This document shows, one piece after another, positions 55,474 to 64,000 of a DNA stretch of 64,000 nucleotides. Both the position numbers and the translations under genes were made by a program. Numbering within the stretch: position 1 is the first letter of the stretch; each line of letters opens with the position of its first letter. Below the pieces are notes generated by a model. That model saw only the letters and a list, made by a program, of their open reading frames with translations. It was not told where the DNA came from and searched no databases. The DNA comes from Octopus vulgaris (taxonomy: Eukaryota), in contig OX597816.1 of the NCBI GenBank assembly GCA_951406725.2, forward strand, positions 25,978,001 to 26,042,000, given 5' to 3'.

Positions 55474-55705
55474 CTTTATCTGGTATTACAACAATCTAAT
55501 GTGTTTTAACGGCGATACAAAATGATTTCACATACCTTTTATCTTTTTAACAGCAATTTCTAAACTATACCTATTCATATGTGTTTCGTTGCTATAAATC
55601 TACATCTATATGTATGTATGTATATATGAATGCATGTATGTATGTGTGTATGCATGTATGCGTATGTATGTGTATGAATATTTTTATGTGTGTATGTATG
55701 TGTGT

Positions 55706-55958
55706 GTGAAAGGTAGGAGAGTCCAGTTTGCTAGACATTGTTGTAGAGCTGAAAAAGAAGTAATTTCTACTCTTCTCCTCTGGAAGCCATCTACTCGCAA
55801 TACCAGAGGGCGCACACTCTCCTACCCTGATATAATCTCCAGGGATACAGACATCCAGCAACAAGACCTCCGTAATGTCATGATGGACCGTGAAGTCTGG
55901 CGTAGCATGGTAAATTCCATTGTCTCGACCACGGTCGAACAATGATGATGATGATGAT
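55706..55958 (+). mobile_element. RTE-clade LINE 3' end
   Basis: RRVQFARHCCR..LLLWKP..RGR..YPDII..D..L..MMDREVWR..V* followed by a (TGA)n tail. Confidence 0.85.
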
Positions 55959-56191
55959 GTGTGTGTGTGTGTGTGTGTGCATAGGGAAAAGTATCCACGC
56001 AGTACCGTTTGATTATTTGGTTATAATCCAGGTTATATCTAACCGTATCGAGTTGTACAGATCGCCTAGGCTTATGTGAAGTAAGCAATCTCAATGTATT
56101 TCATCCGATGAGTATATCCTAAGTTCGATTCACTTGATCATAAATATTTTACCGAGTGTATATCCAAGACAGTTACAATGAATAAGGAAAT

Positions 56192-56349
56192 TAGTGGCTG
56201 TGTGGTAAGTAGCTTCCTTACCAACCACATGGTTCCGGGTTCAGTCCCACTGCGTGGCACCTTGGGCAAGTGTCTTCTACTATAGCCTCGGGCCGACCAA
56301 AGCCTTGTGAGTGAATTTGGTAGACGGAAACTGAAAGAAGCCCGCCGTA

Positions 56350-56393
<44 letters not shown>

Positions 56394-56628
56394 TGTGTGT
56401 GTGTGTTTGTGTGTCTGTGTTTGTCCCCCTAGCATTGCTTGACAACCGATGCTGGTGTGTTTATGTCCCCGTTACTTAGCGGTTGGGCAAAAGAGACCGA
56501 TAGAATAAGTACTGGGATTACAAAAGAATAAGTCCCGGGGTCGAGTTGCTCGATTAAAGGCGGGTCTCCAGCATGGCCGCAGTCAAATGACTGAAACAAG
56601 AAAAAGAGTAAAAGAGAGTAAAAGAGTA
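56192..56628 (+). mobile_element. SINE family C
   Basis: Near full-length. Confidence 0.92.
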
Positions 56629-57056
56629 TATGTTCATATATAATGCAGCACGGAAATTTGTCAGTGAAACGATTGCGGTCTCAAAGCGACGAAAATATTA
56701 AGTGAATGTAACGGTTTTTGTGTGTTTCTAAAATGACTTATAAACACCTTCCACGCTGCAATTGTTTTCGTTCCAGCACACGATCTCAGAGCAGGTCATT
56801 TGCTATGCAAGGACATCTCCATATATTTTTTATTTTTACAATAACTAATACAGCAAAATTGATTAAATGTGCCAGATAAACGTTTCTGCTTCAAAGACAT
56901 TTCACAATTTCATTTGCACCCAATTATTTCTATGCAGCGGAACCGTGCGTCGGACACATTTAAATCAAATATGCTGTATAACTGATTGTACTATAAAAAA
57001 TATAAAATCATGTAGATTTAATAATCTCCGTATTCATTGTTTTATATACACGAGAC

Positions 57057-57435
57057 GGAGGCGCAATGGCCCAGTGGTTAGGGCAGCGGACTCGCGGTCG
57101 TAGAATCGCGGTTTCGATTCCCAGACCGAGCGTTATGAGTGTTTATTGAGCGAAAACACCTAAAGCTCCACGAGGCTCCGGCAGGGGATGGTGGTGATCC
57201 CTGCTGTACTCTTTCACCACAACTTTCTCTCACTCTTACTTCCTGTTTCTGTTGTACCTGTATTTCAAAGGGCCGGCCTTGTCACTCTCTGTGTCACGCT
57301 GAATATCCCCGAGAACTACGTTAAGGGTACACGTGACTGTGGAGTGCTCAGCCACTTACACGTTAATTTCACGAGCAGGCTGTTCCGTTGATCGGATCAA
57401 CCGGAACCCTCGTCGTCGTAACCGACGGAGTGCTT
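57057..57435 (+). mobile_element. SINE family A with tail type 3
   Basis: Full head with A and B boxes; tail ends cgtaaccgacggagtgc. Confidence 0.9.
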
Positions 57436-57448
57436 ACATATCCATACA

Positions 57449-57664
57449 CGAGAGGTTGCTGAAAAGTTCCTGGCTTTCAATAAAAGAAAATACAGGTGGA
57501 TCAGATAATTATGATTTTATTCAACATATTTCCCTCTCAGATTCACATACTTATTGCAGCGGTCCTTTCAATGTGTCTAAGCCCTTTAAAAGAACTAGGA
57601 AGGTTGGGCCTCCAACCAGGCTTTCGCAATACCCTTAAAGCCAGTAACTTTTCAGCACCCCTCA
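57449..57664 (-). mobile_element. mariner-derived MITE
   Basis: TIRs cgagaggttgctgaaaagttcctggcttt / aaagccagtaacttttcagcacccctca; minus strand retains LKDRCNKYVNLRG.YVE*, the mariner C-terminus. Confidence 0.85.
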
Positions 57665-57677
57665 TGTTTGGATTAAC

Positions 57678-57732
<55 letters not shown>

Positions 57733-57736
<4 letters not shown>

Positions 57737-58094
57737 TTTTATTCTTTTACTTGTTTCAGTCATTTGACTGCGGCCATGCTGGAGCACCGCCTTTAGTCGA
57801 GCAAATCGACCCCGGGACTTATTCTTTGTAAGCCCACTACTTATTCTATCGGTCTCTTTTACCGAACCGCTAGGTGACGGGGACAAACACAGACATAGAA
57901 ACACACACACACACACATATATATATATTCCTATATACGACAGGCTTCTTTCAGTTTCCGTCTACCAAATCCACTCACAAGGCTTTGGTCGGCCCGGGGC
58001 TATAGCAGAAGACACTTGCCCAAGATGCCACACAGTGGGACTGAACCCGGAACCATGTGGTTGGTTAGCAAGCTACTTACTACACAGCCACTCC
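57733..58094 (-). mobile_element. SINE family C
   Basis: Full head and tail with a small internal deletion. Confidence 0.9.
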
Positions 58095-58214
58095 ATATAT
58101 GTGTATATATATATAATGTTAATCCAAACAAGAAGGCACAAAAAACACAACAACGCGAGGACGTGGAACAAATATAGTATTATTGGACGCTCAGGAAAGA
58201 AGGAAAGAAGGAGG

Positions 58215-58249
58215 GTCTAACGTTTCGAGCGGAGCTCTTCGTCGGAAAC
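58215..58249 (-). ncRNA. Minimal type I hammerhead motif (U4C core change)
   Basis: Minus strand: gttt-CCGACGA-a-gagc tcc gctc-GAAA-cg-TT-agac; same architecture as 36479; host element 58112-58320, with a truncated copy at 25263-25338. Confidence 0.6.
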
Positions 58250-58417
58250 ATAGGAGAAAGAAAGATCCAGAGAAGGGAATACAAAGGAAAAAAAATCGCC
58301 AACGGTACACACACGGTCACACATATATATATATTTATTGTCGTGTGCATACGTGCATATATATATATGTATACGTTCGTATATGTAAGTATGTCGTATG
58401 TTGTATATATATATTTG

Positions 58418-58602
58418 TTTTCTCTAGTTTCAGCTCAGAGCCGTGGCCATGCTGATGCACCGCCGTTTTGCTACACTGTTATTACTAAGAGCCTCCTCTA
58501 ATATGTGGCACTTGGTGAAGCATGGAGTTTGATATAGCTACCTCATTTGCACCTCTTGCCGTGAGGTAGGTTCATCTCTGACTCTCGACAGGAAGAGGTC
58601 CA
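58418..58602 (-). mobile_element. CR1-group LINE 3' end
   Basis: Minus strand DLFLSRVRDEPT..R..SNSMLHQ* matches the LD.FL..PDEP..SNSL..Q terminus of CR1-group ORF2; its short 3' UTR is shared with the SINE C tail. Confidence 0.7.
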
Positions 58603-58634
58603 AATATATATATTTGTATTTATGTGCTGGGTGT

Positions 58635-58693
58635 ATTCCACTGATGAAGGCAAAGCATTTCTTATGCAAATCCAGATATCCGGGATCTGGAAT
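58635..58693 (+). ncRNA. Type I hammerhead motif (A14U change)
   Basis: attcca-CTGATGA-..gcat ttctt atgc..-GATA-tccggga-TC-tggaat; perfect 6-bp stem I. Confidence 0.65.
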
Positions 58694-58834
58694 TAACCAG
58701 TAATTATTTTGCTAGTTTATTTTGTCTCTTCGTCTTCGCTCCTGGTGTTGTATAAACAGTTAATGTGGTTTTAGAGTCAAATCTTGACTTCTATTTCCAG
58801 CGTGATACCCTAAATTTAGATACCCTAAATAATA

Positions 58835-58932
<98 letters not shown>

Positions 58933-59649
58933 CTCACAAGCACACATACATAAATCGGTGTATTTCCTATAGCAATCACATACGATGTCACCGCTCAAGA
59001 TAACCTTCCAATCTTTACTCCCCCTGCTCCCTCTGCCGAACCTGCTGTCCCTGCCCCCCCACCTGCTGCTCCTGCGGCTCCTGCTGCTGCAGCTGTTCCT
59101 GTTACCGACGTTACAGCTACTTTTGCCGGTGTTGTCGCTATTCTTACAGTCTTTATCACTGACTCATTCATTATCGCTGTTAAGCTTCTGGAAAACACAT
59201 TTGCTTGCAATTGGACACCAAGCTGATAATATGCTCATCACATAACTACGAAGCTCGTCAGGCTTTTTTGTATTTTTGCTATATTTCATTCTTTCTCCCC
59301 CACATTTCCATACCACTGAATATATGCTACTTATTGCAATAATATATAAGGGTTTTCTTTCATTATTTTTGTTGTTGTTACATTGTAATATATTTGTCAG
59401 GTGCGTAAGATGGTCATAAATCAAAATGATTGTGTCATGGCTTCCTTTTTTCTTTCTAATACGTTTGTAAATCTGTTTCTAAACGGGTATCGAAACCGTG
59501 GCGAACGTATCACGTCTATTTTTCAGTTCGCTGAAAATCTACTACTACTACTACAACCACCACCACCACCGCCACTACACTACTACTACTACTACTACTA
59601 CCACCAGCACCAATACTACTACTACTACAAACACCACCACCACCACCAA

Positions 59650-59714
<65 letters not shown>

Positions 59715-59820
59715 GATGTAGTAGTAGTAGTAGTTACATATTGCGTTATCCTAGATGACATCTAAAACGAAATATGAAACTAGCAAGCGGGGTGTCTCAT
59801 TATTAAAGTACAGAATAAGT

Positions 59821-60070
59821 CGGTAAGCTGGCAGAATCATTAGCATAACGAACACTGATGCTTAGTGGTATTTCACATTCTGAGTTCAAATTCCGTAGAG
59901 GGTGACAATACCTTTCATCTCTTTCGCAATCGATAAAATAAGTACCAGTTGAGTACTGGGTCAATGTAACGGGCGATAAAATATGTACTAGTTGAGCACT
60001 GTGGTTCGATATAAAAGTGCAGACCCCGCCCCAGAATTTTTCAAACCTTGTACCTATAGTACAAAGGAAT
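59821..60070 (+). mobile_element. Old SINE family B variant
   Basis: Degenerate head, B box and core. Confidence 0.7.
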
Positions 60071-60253
60071 ATTTGAAAACTATTTAATAAGCAGGTCAAG
60101 CATACATATAGGAATCTCCTTGTTGTATCGTGAAGTACAGAAATAATTTAGAATATTGGTGAAATGAGTTACAGCATATAAGAATAAGATGACATAATGA
60201 ATAAAACAAAAGAAAAAAAGAAATAAAATTTATGGTCATAAAATAAACATACA

Positions 60254-60285
<32 letters not shown>

Positions 60286-60334
60286 CATATATATATATAT
60301 ATATATATGAGTGTATGTATGCATGTATATGTAT

Positions 60335-60365
<31 letters not shown>

Positions 60366-60366
<1 letters not shown>

Positions 60367-60580
60367 CTTTTACTCTTTTATTTGTTTCAGTCATTTGACT
60401 GCTGCCATGCTGGGGCACCGCCTTTAGTCGAGCAAATCGACCCCAGGACTTATTCTTTGTAAGGCTAGTACTTATTCTATCGTTCTGTTTTGCCGAACCG
60501 CTAAGTCACGGGGACGTAAACACACCAGCATCGGTTGTCAAGCGATGTTGCGAGGGGGACAAACACAGACACACATACAA
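60366..60580 (-). mobile_element. SINE family C, 3' half
   Basis: Matches the family C tail; a head remnant lies at about 61703-61738. Confidence 0.85.
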
Positions 60581-60595
60581 ATATATATATATATA

Positions 60596-60977
60596 TCTCT
60601 ATATATAAACGGCAGTTTGTCTGTGCGTGTTTCTGTGTGTCTGTTTTCTCGTACCCTCACCCTGACCACGGCTTTCAACCGATTCTGATGAAACTTGACA
60701 CACGCATAGCCCAATGTCATAATTCAAAACTAACGCAGCGAAAATTTTGAAAAGTTCCCCCAGTTCTGAAAAAAATCGATAAAATCGACATGGGGTCGAG
60801 AATCAGAAACCCAAGCCACAGACCGTCTAGGGGACGCAACTCCACCTTTTTTAACTCTCAAAAAAATTTACCATCATTTTTTTCCCATTTTTTTGCTATT
60901 TTTTGGCTATAACTCTCTAAAAATGCTTTATAGTTATTTCCCTTACAAACCTGAGCAACGCCGGGCGATACTGCTAG
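60596..60977 (+). mobile_element. Non-autonomous Helitron
   Basis: A|TC start, hairpin cctgagcaacgccggg and CTAG|T end; last about 65 bp shared with the 25706 element. Confidence 0.85.
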
Positions 60978-61181
60978 TGTATATATATATATATATAAGC
61001 ATTTTTAAATCTCTGAATGAGATGTAAACAGTAATCGTTCGATAATGTAAAGTATAGAAGCCACATTCTGAGATTTAATAATGCTTACAGTCAGTTTTTC
61101 GAAATCAGTGGCAGACGTTACTAGAAAAACTCTTATATATTTGCAAAGCAGCCTTGTCTTTCATCGCGACCTGGTGGTTAC

Positions 61182-61224
61182 CGCCCGTTGATAAGAGACA
61201 ATAATCTCGAAACTAGTCCGTGCG
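61182..61224 (+). ncRNA. Type I hammerhead ribozyme motif, U3-A8 core variant
   Basis: cgcccg-TTGATAA-gaga caataa tctc-GAAA-CTAG-TC-cgtgcg; stem I 5 of 6 pairs, stem II 4 of 4, palindromic stem III, GUC triplet. Confidence 0.75.
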
Positions 61225-61393
61225 TATCACTCAGGCTTGCAAGAAAGGGATGGCCTCCCTTTGCAAATACTTCAAGGGCACTGAAATAGTGTCTAAAGCC
61301 AGCTGGAGACGACGATCTCTTGGGGCTATAAAGCTACAGTAACACCCCCTCCCTTTTGTGGTTAGCCATAATAAGATGGCTTCTATACTTTAC

Positions 61394-61446
<53 letters not shown>

Positions 61447-61449
<3 letters not shown>

Positions 61450-61700
61450 TCTCAATAATTCCGGACATTCCACGAATGCGTGCAAAACGATTTTCCTATC
61501 CTGCTCGCATCTTGGACATGTCGGTGAGACGGCACTTCCGTGCCTTGACAGTTTATCACGAACTAGTAGCGCTGCACGGAAGCACTGCCAAGCCAGGGAT
61601 TTCTGGTAATTATCCAGGTACCCCGGCCCGAACGTTCTTCTGAGCAGGGTGATCGACTGACTTTCATCGTAGCCCAGGGTCTCCCCCAAGGCGTCTTCGT
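61447..61700 (-). mobile_element. Tx1/L1-clade ORF2 zinc-finger fragment
   Basis: RRTFGPGYLDNYQKSLAWQC..VRDKL.RHGS..CPRC..VLHAFVECP, homologous to about 9915-10095. Confidence 0.85.
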
Positions 61701-61860
61701 AGGCAAGCTACTTACCACACAACCACTCCTACACCTATGTATAAATTTTATTGACTCATAACATTAAATATGGTTACCTCCACCACTTCAGTATGTATTT
61801 GTCTCTCTAACTGTCAATTTGTTTCTCTCCTTCTCTCTCTAACTGTCAATTTGTTTCTCT

Positions 61861-61945
<85 letters not shown>

Positions 61946-62039
61946 TCTTCCTTCCTCTCTCTCTCCTATATATAATGTTGATAAACATACGTGTATAAAT
62001 ACGTGTGTGCGCACGCGTTCGTCGTTCTTTAACAAGTTG

Positions 62040-62220
62040 ATGATGGTGATGATGATGGTGGTGATGATGGTGGTGATGGTGGTGGTGGTGATGGTGATGG
62101 TGGTGATGGTGATGGTGGTGATGGTGGTGATGATGGTGATGGTGGTGATGGTGGTGATGGTGGTGATGATGAAAGTGGTGATGATGATGATGGTGATGGT
62201 GATGGTGATGGTGATGATGA

Positions 62221-62255
<35 letters not shown>

Positions 62256-63401
62256 TGGTGATGATGATGATGGTGATGTTGATGATGATGAGGAGGAGGA
62301 GAGGGAAGGGAGGGGGAGGGGGAGGAGGAGGCAGACGTTTATATCCAGACTCTGACCGAGGAGAACTATAGTCATCGTTGTTGCAATGTGTTTATCTCAT
62401 CTAATTTTTTTGACATAGTGTAACTAAGAATATATTGTTCAATATGTCCTTCATAAATTTTTAAACAGCGTTCGATCACAGGAGTTATTTAGATGCTATT
62501 TCTCACAGCTCAGTCAGCAACATCTTTTATGTGATCGCTCGATATGCTAGAAATAGCAGCTTATTCTCTTTCAAATCACGACGTGTCGTCTTACAAAATG
62601 TCCGTAGTCAACAAACAAGATGCTTATTGTTTCCTTGTAACTAGCGATAGTCATACGCCTGCTTATTCGCGACAACCTGTGGTTAAACAACAACAACAAC
62701 AAAAATCCCATGCCCGACATTTAGAGAGTTAAAAAAAACTGATAACGATGACGAAGATGGTGGCGATGATACTAGAAAATGTGAATGTTTTCGGTGCGAT
62801 TGGTGGCTTAGCTCGTGGTGCGTTTGGGTGGGGACAAATTAAGAATTTAGTGTTGGTGTAGGATTGGCAGGTGTAACAAACGTGTCAGTGTGTAAAAGGA
62901 GCGAGGCTGTTGATTGGCTGTTATCAGGTCGACATTATTATAATGAGAGAGAAATGAGTTGAGATAAAGAGCAAGCAAGGTATACCGTGCGAGAGAGTAA
63001 CAGAATGGATATACATGCATACATACATACATGCATACATACATACATACATACATACATACATACATACATACATACATACATAATGCATGCATACATA
63101 CATGCATGCATACATACATACATGCATATATACATACATACATAATGCAATCATACATACATACATGCATGCATGCATACATACATACATACATACATAC
63201 ATACATACATACATACATACGTACGTACATACATACATACATACATACATACATACATACATACATACATACATACATACATACATGCATACATACATAC
63301 ACACATGCATACATACACACATGCATACATACATACATACATACATACATGCGTGCATGCATACATATATTCATACATACATAGACATACACATACACGC
63401 G

Positions 63402-63433
<32 letters not shown>

Positions 63434-63600
63434 ATATGTATGTGTGTTTTTGTGTGTGAATGTGTATGTATATATATACACATATGTATATATGTATAGA
63501 CATATATGCATAAGTATGTATGTGTATATATGCATATGCGCATAAGAATGTATGTATGTATGTATGTATGTATGTATGTATGTATGTATGTATGTATATA
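62040..63600. repeat. (GAT/GGT)n and (TACA)n tracts
   Basis: Directly visible at 62040-62290 and 63010-63600. Confidence 0.95.
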
Positions 63601-64000
63601 TACATATTCTGACAGAATAATGCAGACAGGCACAGAGTGAGATAAAACGAAAGAGAGAGAATGAAACAAACCCACTGACAGATAGTGAAATATATTAATA
63701 TATTATGAGATCAGGAGAGAGCGAAAGGAAGAGAGAGAGAATGAGAGAAACAAATTGACAGTTAGAGAGACAAATACACGCTGAAGTGGCGGAGGTAACC
63801 GTATTTAAGGAGTCAATAAAATTTGTTTATTTATTCATTTAATATTACAACCTTAAAGAAGCGAAAATAGTCATTAGTGTTAATGATAATTCTTGAGAAA
63901 TGCAAGGGAGATAAATTCGAAATTGCAACTGATTAAAAGTCGAATGTATATACGGGGTGACTCTGTGGTTGTGTTGATGCGTGTATGAGAGAGATTGAGA

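Overview
AT-rich, microsatellite-saturated eukaryotic DNA with no convincing host protein-coding gene. The SINE families, the density of (TA)n/(CA)n/(GATA)n/(TACA)n/(TAA)n tracts and the transposon mix point to an intergenic or large-intron region of an octopus (cephalopod) genome; this is inference, not a database result. Almost all listed ORFs are microsatellite read-throughs. Recognisable content: dozens of tRNA-derived SINEs in several modular families; fragments of R4/Dong (RLE), Tx1/L1, RTE and CR1-type LINEs; remnants of Helitron, mariner, hAT and Chapaev-like DNA transposons; and MITEs. The most interesting signal is about a dozen type I hammerhead-ribozyme motifs, most in short elements lodged in (TA)n tracts and probably Penelope-like retroelement ends. 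Two carry a compensatory U3-A8 core and two form a head-to-head palindrome. Other oddities are a GAGG-N8-CCTC dyad cluster, a templated complex insertion, an approximately 185-bp duplication flanking a MITE, and SINE/LINE shared tails. All alignments and folds were done by eye, and boundaries of degraded elements are approximate.
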